From Planctomycetota bacterium (GTDB taxonomy: Bacteria > Planctomycetota > UBA11346): 64,000 nucleotides of DNA. Both the position numbers and the translations under genes were made by a program. The notes under the pieces were generated by a model, which saw nothing but the letters and a program-made list of their open reading frames with translations, had not been told where the DNA came from and searched no databases. Positions 48,336-60,138 of this stretch are shown one piece after another (within the stretch, counting starts at the first letter, position 1; each line of letters starts with the position of its first letter). The DNA lies in NCBI GenBank assembly GCA_038231435.1, contig JBBRLJ010000014.1:36146-100145 (forward strand). The letters run 5' to 3'.

Positions 48336-50324
48336 TCAGTAGGGCAGCGAGGTGGTGGCCTTGGTCAGGAAGACGATGCCGATGCAGAACATGGTGACCA
48401 GGCCGACGCCGCAGAAGTATCCGGCGCTGAGCACCGGCACGTATTCGCGCCAGCGCAGACCCAGTTTCCTCTCGAAGTAGTAGCGGCCGACCAGCGCGCC
48501 GATGAACTGCGGTATCACCGAATGCGGATAGGTCTGGCCGATGCCGCGGATCAGGCCGTACAGCAACGTCACCGGGGCATTGAAGAACGACAGCACGCCG
48601 AACACCACCATGCCGACGATCAGCCCTGCCGTGACCTTCATGCCCGAGAGCGCTTCCTGGAACACCGAGTATTCGCCGGTGGTCGACGACATCATCACCA
48701 ACTGGTTCTTGGCGTTGAGTTCCCACATCTTCTGCGCGAACGGGTAGACTCCCGACGGGATCTCGGCGAGGCTCCAGATGAAGTTCGCAAACACCAGGTT
48801 GGCGATGATGATAACCGGGAAGAGCATCACCTCGGCCTTCCAGATCGAAGTGAACTTGGTGCCGGTCAGCTCAGCCTGACGATAGAAGACCGTCTGCACG
48901 CCGTAGTTGCTCATCGGCACTGGCAGGAACCACACCAGGATGCCGCCCTTGTAGCCCGAGAGGATGAACGCCAGCTCGCGGATGAACGGGATCTCTATCA
49001 CCTGGCCGGCGATGCCCTCGAGGCGTGCGGTGACGTAGCTGATGATCGGCGTGTAGAGGAAGCCGAAGAAGAACAGCACCACCATCACACCGGGATGCCA
49101 ATCGATGAGGTAGCCGCATACGCCGATATAGATCAGGGTAGAGACCAAGTAGCACGCCATGACCCACGTATTGGGGATGTCGCCGCGGCCTGGCGGGGTC
49201 GAGATCTCGGCGCCGTGCGGAGCGGCCTCCATCGCGGCCTTGTCCTCCTTCGAGCGGCGCAGCTTGAGCACCGCCATGAAGCCGATGATCGCCACCGCCA
49301 GCGACAGCCCGATGCCGAAGCTGAAGTAGAAGTCGATCGAGTTCTTTAAGATGGTGTCGTTGGTGCCATCGCCCGGGGTCCACGAGGACAGGATGCCCGC
49401 GTGATAGAGCAGTGGATTCATGACCATGGTCGCGATCAGGCCGATGAACGATCCGACCATGGCGTAATACGGCATGACCATGCCCACGATGATCAGGCCG
49501 AGATCGAAGACCATGCCGGTCGCGACCGCCGGGAGGATGTCCTTGGTGTAGGTCGTCCAGTCCACGAACGGAATCGGGAAGATGGTATACGGATTGCCGT
49601 GGAAGAAGGCACCGGTGAGCGTCGGCAGCCCCATATAGAGGATACCGAAGGCCATGCCCAAGGCCCCACCGATCGAGAATATGCGCCAGCGCCACGAACT
49701 CTCGGCCTTCTCCTTGCCCTCGAGGTCGTCGGACAGCGCGAGGATGCCCTGCGCGCCGATCGGGGCGAGCGGGAACGGCAGCTTCTCTATGTCGCTGGTC
49801 AACCGGAAGAGCCCGTAGCCCAGCACCGCGTTGTCGATCTTGCTGAAGAACTGTCGGAACAGCCACAGGCCGAGCGCCGGCATCCAGGCCAGCTGGAAGA
49901 ACGAGCGATGGTCGTAGACGGACGGATCCGTGGGGGCGAACCATTTCGGGAACAACGAGGTCATGCCCTGCGAGGTGGCGGCGTCACTGCGGACCAGGAA
50001 CTGGTTCCAGAGCAGGTTCCCATATACCGCCTGGCCCATGATCGAACCGGACATGTAGAAGAGCACGAACAACTGCGGGCGCGAGAGCTTGGCGTTGGCG
50101 CGCTTGGCGATCTCGATGAAGAGGATGACCGTCACCCACTGCGCGGCCGAGCCCACGCCCATGCCAGCGAGCAGCTCCATGTACAGCGCGCCCGGCACCA
50201 TCACCAGCGCGATGAACAGTACGCCGATGAACGACGACGTCGAGAAACCTTCGCCGAAGGTCGACGGCACCGTCATCAGGTTGCGGTACTGCTCGAGCTC
50301 CTTGTCGATCTTGTGCTCAGCCAT
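48336..50324 (-). CDS. OPT-superfamily-like multi-pass membrane protein
   Basis: About 16 hydrophobic segments; DIEKLPFP motif like the OPT L.FP motif; overlaps the upstream gene. Confidence 0.75.
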   Translation of the reverse strand: MAEHKIDKELEQYRNLMTVPSTFGEGFSTSSFIGVLFIALVMVPGALYMELLAGMGVGSAAQWVTVILFIEIAKRANAKLSRPQLFVLFYMSGSIMGQAVYGNLLWNQFLVRSDAATSQGMTSLFPKWFAPTDPSVYDHRSFFQLAWMPALGLWLFRQFFSKIDNAVLGYGLFRLTSDIEKLPFPLAPIGAQGILALSDDLEGKEKAESSWRWRIFSIGGALGMAFGILYMGLPTLTGAFFHGNPYTIFPIPFVDWTTYTKDILPAVATGMVFDLGLIIVGMVMPYYAMVGSFIGLIATMVMNPLLYHAGILSSWTPGDGTNDTILKNSIDFYFSFGIGLSLAVAIIGFMAVLKLRRSKEDKAAMEAAPHGAEISTPPGRGDIPNTWVMACYLVSTLIYIGVCGYLIDWHPGVMVVLFFFGFLYTPIISYVTARLEGIAGQVIEIPFIRELAFILSGYKGGILVWFLPVPMSNYGVQTVFYRQAELTGTKFTSIWKAEVMLFPVIIIANLVFANFIWSLAEIPSGVYPFAQKMWELNAKNQLVMMSSTTGEYSVFQEALSGMKVTAGLIVGMVVFGVLSFFNAPVTLLYGLIRGIGQTYPHSVIPQFIGALVGRYYFERKLGLRWREYVPVLSAGYFCGVGLVTMFCIGIVFLTKATTSLPY

Positions 50325-53300
50325 GGGCGGAGCCCCCTGTCTTAGCCAGGGCGAGGTCGCGGTCCGCCGAGACGGCGCGCTGCGCCAGCGCATGGTAATG
50401 CTCGACCGTGTCGAGCGGCAGCGAACGCCAGCGCAGGAACTGCTCGCGCAGATCGTCGATGAACCCGCGATTACCGCGCATCCAGGTTCCGGGCGCTCCG
50501 TTGAGGCGCTTGAGTTCGACCACCACCTCGTCGATGCCCGGGATGTCCGAGGGCTGCGTGGTCATGGTGAAGCGCTGGAAAACTCCGAGGTCGAACGGCG
50601 CGAGCGCCACCTCGGCGGTGATGCCCATGTTGCGGCCGCCGCCTGGACGGGCCTCGGAGACGATGCTGATGTCGCGGGCGGAGAAGGCACCCAGCGAGGC
50701 GTCGCCATGGTTCTCGAAATGCTCGCGGATGAAGGCGAGGATGCCGGTGATGCTGTCGGCCGAGACCGTGAACGGGAAGGTGAAGCGCAGCACATCGCCC
50801 TCGGGCTTTGGCATCTTCCACTTCCGCGCCACGCCCGGATTGGCCGAGCGACCGGCCATCAGCGCGGGATAGATGGTCGAGAGCATCACCGTGGCCATGA
50901 CGATCAGGATGGTCGCGATCGACGAGAACGAGGAGAAGTTGATGTCGGGGACGTCCGCGAGGCCGAATGCGGACAGGACCGACAGCAGCTTGACCACCAC
51001 CTGGCTGATCAGATAGCCACCCATGCCTCCGATCACGGCGAACACCGCGGATTCGGCGAAGAACAGCGCGCCGACGTCGGGCGGGGCGAGGCCGAGCGCG
51101 CTGAAGGTGAAGATCTCCTTCTGGCGGTCGACGATCGAGCCCAGCAACGAGCTGAAGATGATCAGGCCACCGAGCAGCAGCGGCACCAGGACCTCCATGA
51201 AACCCGAACCCTCGATCGCCTGGGTGAAGAAGAAGCGCCTGGAACCCGAAGCGCTGGTCGCCACCACCGGCCCGTCGATGTACTCGGCGAGTTCGCGGGC
51301 GTCGGCATCGACGTCGGCCCCCTCCTTCGGATAGAGCGTCACCAGGTTGGTGTATGACCCGAGCTTGCCCATTCCGGGAAATGTGGCGACCGCGACCAGG
51401 TCCGCGGAGCTGAAGATGAAATTATTCACATCGAGGCCGCGGAAGGTGTTCGCGAGGTTGTTGAAGCCGTCGGAGCGCGCGCCGTTGGCGGCGAAGGTGG
51501 CATCGAAGTTGGGCGGTACGATGCGCGTGCCGTCGATGTTCTCGATGTGCTTGAGCTTGACGCCCTCGAAGATCCCGGCCACGCGGAAGCGCTGGCCGCG
51601 GATGACGATGACATCCCCGACCGCGGCCGTGAGCTTGTCGGCGACGGTTCGCGGCAGCAGTAGCGGCGGGTCGCCGACGGTCGAAGCCACCGAATTCCCA
51701 TCAGGCTGGGCGGCTGCCTGAGCCGCCAACGGCGCGAACATCGGATCCAGGCGCGGGACCTCGGCCGGATCGACCACCAGCACCGCCTCGAGCGCCTGCA
51801 TCTGCTGGTTGCGCGGATTGCGTGCGATGTTCACCACGTCGTCGTGGAATTCGGACATGGTCGGATCGCGGAACGACGCTCCACGCTCGCGCATCTCGTA
51901 GCGGTCCTGGAACAGCACGGCGATGGTGTCGCGCAGGCGATATGGGATCGAGAGGAACGACGGCGTATGGAATTCTATGCGCGCGTCGCCGTGAGCCGCG
52001 CCGAGATAGGTCTCCACCACCGCGAGCGACGAGCTGAACGATGCGAACACCAGGATGGTGAAGGTGAGCAGCGCCACGGTGGTCGCGGTGAGGAAGGTCT
52101 TCAGGGGCCGGTTGCGCATCCCCGAGATGCCGATGGCGACGGCGGCGAACGCGGTGCCGCCCTCGGCGGAACCGCCGTGCACCTTCGACGACAGCCCCTG
52201 CATCGCCCGCAGCTCGTGCTTGAACTTCGCCATGACCACGTGGATCACGAACGCGCTGAGTAGGATGATGATGAACGCGAGGAAGATGATGATCGGCGCC
52301 TCGGCCAGCGCGAAGGCCGGATGGGTCTCGTAGAGGATGCCGAAGGTGGCGAGGAAGACGCCCAGGAAGCCGGCGATCTGCCGGTAAATCGAGGTGAAGC
52401 CGAACACCAGCCGCTCGACGGCGAAGGCGAAGGGCAGGCACAGGAGCAGCAGGATGATCACCGCCTGGACGAGGTCGTTGGCGTTGTCGCGTAGCGGCTG
52501 GTGCACCCGATGCCCGAGCATGTCGGCGATGGTCTCGTGGGCGGTGGCGAGCCGACTGTGGTTCTTGGCGCGGGCCTCGGCTGCCAGGTCGAGATGGTCC
52601 TCGGCGTCGGCCTGCAACTTCTCGAGCGGCTTGTTGATGATGTTGCGCGAACGCAGGGTCTTCAGGCGCTGCAGGTTGAGGTTCGCCAAGTCGTGGGACG
52701 CGACGCTGCTGGGATCGATCGACAGCATCGATCGGGGATCGAGCGGCAAGCCGATCCCCGCGGGGCTCTCGGGCGTGGTGCCGAACATGTCGATGCCGTT
52801 ACCGAGATATTTGAAAGGCGCGCGCTGATCCTGGTAGAAGACCTCGAGATGGTTGAATCCTGCCGAGAACCGGTTCTTGGACTCGGTATCGCTGCGCGCG
52901 ATGAGCAGGTGGCCGATGTTCGCGATGTTGTAATCCAGCGGCAGCAGGGGCGTGAAGAACCCGCCGCCGTATCCGTAGTGGAGCGAGGCGCGCGAGCCGC
53001 CCGACGAGCCGATGACGGTGAAGCGGTCGATGCCGCCGCTCGCGTCGAAGCCGAAGGCCCCCACCCTGCCGTTGGTTCCGCCCCACGACATCTGCACGAC
53101 GTTCGGGGCGAAGACGTGGCCCGTCGGGTCGACGGCAGACATCGCGAAATCGCATCCTCCGACGATATAGCGCGGCTCGGCGCCGATCATCGCATTCGGG
53201 AAGCTACCCACATACATGATGGCATCGCTCGACGGTCCCTGGACGTCATCGCTGCCCTTGGCGGTATCCACCACCTCGAGTCCGGTGAGCTTGCCGTCGG

Positions 53301-55288
53301 CACCGGTGAGCACCAGCTGGGTAGTCATGTCCGCCGTCGGTATGTCGGTCGACGGCAGGTTGGGAGACGCCGCCAGCGCGGTGATGAAAGCCGTCAGCTG
53401 GGGCGAGAGCGCGAGCAGGTCGGCGTCGCGCCGCACCGGCATCTCGTCGGCATCCAGCGGATCGCCAACGGTCTGCAGCTGGAAGCCCGACACACCGAGC
53501 GAGAACGCTGCGGTCGATGGCACGCTGCGCTGATGTGGCGTGCACAGCGCGTCGAACCGGAAGGTGACGCTCTGGTCAGGTGTGTAGAGCTGCGCACGCT
53601 GCTGCTTGGGCAAGGACGCATACACTTCTTGATAGGCGCGCAGCTGCTTCGAGAAGGTTCCGGGCGTGACGTCTTTATGCCTCGAACAGCTGTCGGCGCC
53701 GAATGGAGAGAACATCCAGGTCTCGTCGCTCGAGGCGAAGTCGAAGGCGAAGTGCGCGGCGATGACTTCCGGGATACCCGGATTGTCGACGGTGCCCGCC
53801 GGCTTGATCGCTGCCTCGAGTTCAAGGAACGAGCGGGTATGCCGCAGCAACGATTCGAAATACGCCTTCGACGCCCGTGAGGTCTGGGAGAGGTCGGCCA
53901 GGATCGAGGAGAAACCCTCGGCATCGGTGATGTTCTTGGCGGCGAGTTGGCCGCGCAGCTGGTTCCACAGCGTCTTCTTGTCGTTCAACTCCGCTTGACG
54001 CTGGAGCACAGACGTCAGCGTGGCGCGAACCTCGGCCAACCTGGCGGTGGCCGCGGCGGCCGCCTCGCCCGCCGCAGCGAGCTCGGTCTTTTCGAGATCC
54101 TTGATCTCGCGCTGGTATCCGAGCTCGTCGAGGGTGCACTGGCGCAGCTCGAAATTGATGTTGTTCACCAGACCCACGAGGTGGCGCTTCGCCTGCAGGT
54201 ACAGCTCGACGGAATCCGCGTCGGTGCCGCTCACGAATCCAGGGCTCTCGAGCAGCGCGAGCCGGCGACCGAGGCGCGTCACCTGGTCCTGGCACAGGTC
54301 CTTCTCGCGGATGGCGAGACTGTCGGTGTCCTTGGCGTGCTCTGCCTTGTTGACCACGTAATAGAAATGGCGCGCGCCGTCCTGGGCCGCGTGGTGGCTG
54401 CCTAGGAAGAGCACGTAGACCGAACGGTCGAGGGGCGTACGCGCAAGCCGTCCAGCCACCTCGGCGAGCAGCGCGGCGTTGGCCGCCCAGCGCAGCTGCG
54501 GATCGAGATCGGGGATCGCGCCGAAGGTGTCGACGTTGGCAGAGAGCACCAGCGCCTTGGGATTGGCGACCGCGGCCCCGGCCTCCTGCTCCACTGGCTC
54601 GACGGCCTTGCCCTGGATCTTCGCCCACAGGTTCGTGGCGACGACCCGCTCCCAGCGCACCGACAGGTCGAGCGATGCCTGGATGCTGCCATCCGCGGTG
54701 AGCAGGCCCGCCGCCTGCGCGGCCGGACGATCTATCCACACTCGGGGGAGCGAGACTGGCAGCGTGGTGAAGTGCGATTCGATGTTCCACTGATTCGCCT
54801 GGTCATTGCCGACGAACACCACCGCGCGCGCGCCTTGGCTGAACACCTCGGCGAGATGCGTGCTGCCGAACTCCATCACCGCGATGGCGCCGGCGATGGG
54901 CTTGCCGTCGAGAGCCTCGAGCGAGCCGTCACCGACATAGAGCAGCGGGCCGGTCGCCGGGGAGCCCCAGGTGGTCGCCGGCGCGACGCCGTTGGGCGCC
55001 AACGGCAACACCGGACCCACCTCATGGCCATCGATGGTCAGGCGGCAGACCTTGGTCACCGGCACCAGGGTATCGTAGGTCTGGCGGTGGACGGCGAGGC
55101 CGGCCCCCGCCAGGGCCTTCTCGATCGCATCGAGCGAAGCCGTGTACCCAGCGCTCCCGGGCAGGCGCTGGTCATGGCTCGAGAGCTCGCGCATCACCGC
55201 CGCGTACGCCGCGCCTTCGGCGGCGGAATCTGCGGCGGAGAGCCGCGCCGCGCCGATCAGCAGCGCGAGCGCAAAGCAGGCGAACGCC

Positions 55289-55296
<8 letters not shown>
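50317..55296 (-). CDS. Giant FtsX/MacB-type permease fused to a degenerate M28/PA-like extracytoplasmic region
   Basis: Signal peptide; QRLPGSAG, PA-like LLYVGDG..GAIAVM, VLSANVD; coiled coil; TMs; MRNRPLKTFLT; FtsX signature RQKEIFTFSALG...FFAES. Confidence 0.82.
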
Positions 55297-56064
<768 letters not shown>

Positions 56065-56068
<4 letters not shown>

Positions 56069-57630
56069 TCGACCCTCATCGCATCCATCGGCGCCATCCG
56101 CGAAGCCGACCACGACGGATAGATCGAGGCCAGGGTTGAGAGCGCCACGCCGGTGCCGACGCAGATCAACCCGCACTGCATAACCGAGACAACCGGGAAG
56201 TACGAGAATAGGTAGACACCGTAGATCAGTGAGCACTTGATCAGTGCCAGGACCAGCCCGATGGCGGTCCCGACCAGCCCGCCCGAGAACCCCTGTACCG
56301 ACGCTTCCATGAGGAATTGTTGGAGGATGAAGCCATCGGTCGCGCCCAGGCACTTCATCGTCGCGATCTCGCGGAAACGCTCGGTGATGGCCATGAGCAT
56401 GGCGTTGGTGATGCCGACCATGCAGACCACGAACGATATCGCCATGAGGAACGCCTGCCGGCCGCTGATGAGTCCCTGGCCCGACTGGCCCGGCGGCTGG
56501 CGCTCGACCACCGCCTTCTCGACCAGGAGCAAACGGTTCTCCTCAGCGACGTCCCGTGAGATCTCACTCAGCTGCTGCGGTGTCCACGTTCCTCCGAGGA
56601 TGGTGGCGACCCGCTGGTCGTCGAGCACGAGCATCTTCTTGTCGATCAGGGGATCCTCGAGGAACGCCTTGTGCCAGGCGGCATGGCACTCGTCGGTCGA
56701 CAACCGGTCGCGAACCTCGTTTCGCCGCTTCGCCCTGGCCAGCCCATCATGCACCAGTCGCACCTGGTCCGGAGTGTCGGCGAAGCCATGGGCGGCCAAG
56801 CATGCCTGGAACGATATGAGGAAGGCCGCCTCGCCCTGCGCGAGCGCGTCGGCCATGCGCCGCCTGAACGCCTCGACCGAGGCATCGGCCGAGGCTTGGG
56901 CGAGGACCGGCGGGGAATGTCCGGCACCGCCAGCATCGGCGTCCGGCGCCGCCGCACGGTCGATGGGAGCGAGATCGTCTCGCAGGCGTGCTACCGCCGT
57001 CCGCCACGACTGCGTGAGTCCGGCGAGCCGTTCGACATAGCCCAGGTGCCCATCTGCCGAGGCCTTCAGTTCATTCAGCGGCATGGGCGGCTTGAGCGCG
57101 TGCAGCTGCGCCAGTTCGGCGTCGAATCCCGTCCATCGGCTGGCATCGGCGAGATACGCGAAGATCTCGGCGCCCTTCGATTTGCGCACCAGGATGGCGC
57201 GGCTGCCGGCGTCCATGCCATCGAAGAACGCCATGACCCGGGACTCGCGACGGCTCTCGGCAGCGAGCGCGCGCACCTGCTCGAGCTGGGCTCCGCTGAC
57301 GGCGGCGATCTCGCCCAGCGCGAGCGGGCGACCGTCCGCGGCGACGAGGCGCGCGGCCATGCCGATCTGGTCGACGTCCGAGACCCACACGGCGAGGCGC
57401 TGCGAGGCGAACCGGCGCGCGGCGTTCTCGACGGCGACGCCGCCTCCGACGGATTTGGTGAATGCGCTCTCGCAGAGCAGCACCATGAAGAACGCCACGG
57501 CCAGGACGATCACTGTCAGGGTGAGCAGCGAGCGGAACAGGCGGTGCGCGATGCCCTTGAGGCACAACGCGAACGCCTTCCCGAGCGGGATCTTGTGTTG
57601 CTGGCGGACATCGATGATGGGAGCGTTCAT
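56065..57630 (-). CDS. FtsX-like ABC permease with a helical extracytoplasmic domain
   Basis: HRLFRSLLTLTVIVLAVAF; ITNAMLMAITERFREIATMKCLGA; YPSWSASRMAPMDAMR. Confidence 0.9.
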
Positions 57631-57634
57631 GATG

Positions 57635-59845
57635 TCAGCCGGGAAAGATGCCGGTGTTCTTCGGGATGAGGCCGGTGTTCATGTAATAGCAGAAGCCGAC
57701 CAGCAGGATCATCGCCACGGCGATGATCTCACCCATGATCAGGCCGATGAACAGGGGCTTGAGCGACTGGTAGGTCTTCCCGCCGCCGAAGCGCACGATC
57801 AGCTCCTTGGTGACCCAGCCGAGAAAGAACGAGAACCACACCAGGCTCGACGTCCACGTGCCCCACATCAGGAAGATGACGGGGTGCAGCGGCCACCACC
57901 CGAAACGGAATCGCATCACGGACATCATGATGGTCCCGAGAATGCCGAATCCGATCCATCCGAGCTTGGGGCCATGGCCCACGTTGTTCGCCAATTGACC
58001 GAGCTTGGCGAGTCCGTGCGTCGACTCCGAGCTCGCGAACTGGCCAGTCTCGTGCAGCACCGCGAGCCCGGCGGTGGCGATGCTCAGCTTGTTCTCGGGC
58101 AGATGCAGCGCGTAATCGTCATTGTGCGCGCCCTTGTTGTACACGCTGTAGGTCTGGGAGACGAAGCCGATCGCGAAGGCGACCAGGGTCGCGAGCGCTC
58201 CGACCATGATGATGCGCGGCAGGCGAATACCCACGTTCTCGGAGATCTTCAGTGTGTTGGCCACGTATGGCGTGACGCACTCGCGGGCATCGGGGTTGAG
58301 CACCAGGCCCATGTACATCACCATGACCCAAGATGTCGGGCCAAGCGCCGGCACCCCGAGCGTCAGGCTCAGCATGTAGCCGATATCGAAGTTCGCCTGA
58401 AGGAACGGGATGCCGGTCTCTGCTACGATGCGAGCGAACACCAAGAAGTAGATCATCAGCGACATCGCGAAGATAAGCGCGATGAACCAATCCATGTCGA
58501 AGACCAGCACCAGCATGCTCACGAGACCCGCGAAGGCGCCGAGGAATATGCGCGCCGCCCAGATCGGCTGGCGATCCACCGAAGTGGAACCACGTAGTCC
58601 CAGGGCCTTGGCGAGGACGTTCAGGTAATAGTGCCTGCCGGTATACAGCAGGATCAGGAAGTACGCGCCATACGCGCCTGCGAGGACGCATGACTTGTCG
58701 TCGTCTGACACCGTGGTTCCGGTAGCGAGGAAGAATTGCGCGCCCACGATGGTCACAGCGATGGTCGACAGACTCATGCTCAGGCTGATCTCGGATGCGA
58801 TGAAGTACGAGAAGCCGATGATCATGAAGGTGATCCGCTGGTCGCATACCACCCACGCGCCCACATTGTTGAGCACCGGAAATACACCGACGATATCCCA
58901 GGCTCCCCACTGCAGCGGGATGCGCGGCAGGTAGTTGGGGAACCAGGCTTGCAGGTAGTTGATCAGGTGGATCGCGAACACCGGAGCGAATCCAGCCCAG
59001 AACAGGCGCGAGTAGAAGAGGTCCGACGTCAGCCGCGACCCCGTCCGCTCGATCAGCGCGGTCGACACCGACGCCATCGGGTAGCTCAGCTGCTCGTGGT
59101 GCGCCCACTGGCGATGCACCAGGAAGATCATGGCGATCAGCGCGGTCGCCATCAGCAGCGCGAGCGGAGTCCAATATACCATCGTCGGCAGCCATTCGCG
59201 CAGCGGCGCCTGGGACAACTTGAGGCTCTCGTCGCCTTCCGGAATCCCACGCGTGAAGCTGCCGTACACCCGTTCGTACGCCTTTCGCACCGCGAGCGTC
59301 TCGGCCGTCCCCGGCGCGTGCTTCGTCGGATCCGTTCCCGGATCGTGCCTGAGCGGGTACACCTGGTCGGGCAGGAAGGACAGGGTCTTGTTGGCCTGCC
59401 ACTCCGGATGACTGGCCTCGTTCGTCCATGGCATGATCACCGAGTAGTGGAAATAGCGGTAGAAACTCGAGCCCGGCAACCAGCTGCAGATCAGCATCAT
59501 GCCGAGCACCACCGCGAGCTCACGGGTGCCGAAGCGCAGGCGGGACCACAGACGTCCGATGAGAGGATTCCACACCGTGGCCAGGAGCAGGATCAGCGTG
59601 AAGGCGCCGATCGGCATGTGGTTGCCGACCAGCGGCGAGAGCTTCAGGACGCGGTCGTTGGTGTTCGAGTAGAGGCTGATGATCGCCACGCCGATCAGCC
59701 CAAAGAGAACCGCCTTGAGGGTGATGCCCGGGCCACCCGGAGCCGCTACGGCCGGGGAACCTGGTGCAGGCGCCATGGGCGAGTCCGGTGGGACCGTCGC
59801 GGGAACGGGCGCCGGCTCGGCGGGGGATGATTCGGATCCGGCCAT
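57635..59845 (-). CDS. DUF6785/DUF6784-like multi-pass membrane protein (OPT-like)
   Basis: Many TMs; GNHMPI, LVHRQWAHHEQLSYP, RIVAETG, WPLHP, IVRFGG..Y..LKPLFIGLIMGE. Confidence 0.8.
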   Translation of the reverse strand: MAGSESSPAEPAPVPATVPPDSPMAPAPGSPAVAAPGGPGITLKAVLFGLIGVAIISLYSNTNDRVLKLSPLVGNHMPIGAFTLILLLATVWNPLIGRLWSRLRFGTRELAVVLGMMLICSWLPGSSFYRYFHYSVIMPWTNEASHPEWQANKTLSFLPDQVYPLRHDPGTDPTKHAPGTAETLAVRKAYERVYGSFTRGIPEGDESLKLSQAPLREWLPTMVYWTPLALLMATALIAMIFLVHRQWAHHEQLSYPMASVSTALIERTGSRLTSDLFYSRLFWAGFAPVFAIHLINYLQAWFPNYLPRIPLQWGAWDIVGVFPVLNNVGAWVVCDQRITFMIIGFSYFIASEISLSMSLSTIAVTIVGAQFFLATGTTVSDDDKSCVLAGAYGAYFLILLYTGRHYYLNVLAKALGLRGSTSVDRQPIWAARIFLGAFAGLVSMLVLVFDMDWFIALIFAMSLMIYFLVFARIVAETGIPFLQANFDIGYMLSLTLGVPALGPTSWVMVMYMGLVLNPDARECVTPYVANTLKISENVGIRLPRIIMVGALATLVAFAIGFVSQTYSVYNKGAHNDDYALHLPENKLSIATAGLAVLHETGQFASSESTHGLAKLGQLANNVGHGPKLGWIGFGILGTIMMSVMRFRFGWWPLHPVIFLMWGTWTSSLVWFSFFLGWVTKELIVRFGGGKTYQSLKPLFIGLIMGEIIAVAMILLVGFCYYMNTGLIPKNTGIFPG

Positions 59846-59851
59846 GCCTAT

Positions 59852-59887
59852 GCGAACAGGATCGCGAACAGGATCACGAACTCGATC
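59852..59887 (+). repeat. 12-bp direct repeat x3 directly upstream of a start codon
   Basis: gcgaacaggatc gcgaacaggatc acgaactcgatc. Confidence 0.75.
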
Positions 59888-60138
59888 GGGCCGCCGCCGG
59901 GCCGCCTCGGTACACCGATCTCCGTCCCGACCCCATCGGCGCTCGTGGTCGCACCCTGATCATCGATCCGTGACACCGCGACCTCCGCAAGGGCTTGGGG
60001 CTGCTGACGCTGAGTTGAACGACGGGCCGTCGAAGGCGTGACATGGTGGGTGGTTGCGCCAGGGCACAACAGGTTTGGACGGCCGTGGAGCGACGCTTGG
60101 ACACCGCGTCCATCTCACCCGTTGCGCGCGGTCATCCA

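Noticed and set aside
59848-60069. 73-aa ORF between the DUF6785-like genes as a possible RRE-bound precursor peptide
   Set aside because: Weak non-ATG start, no RBS or leader/core pattern, and its hydrophobic end is simply the translation of the 12-bp repeat
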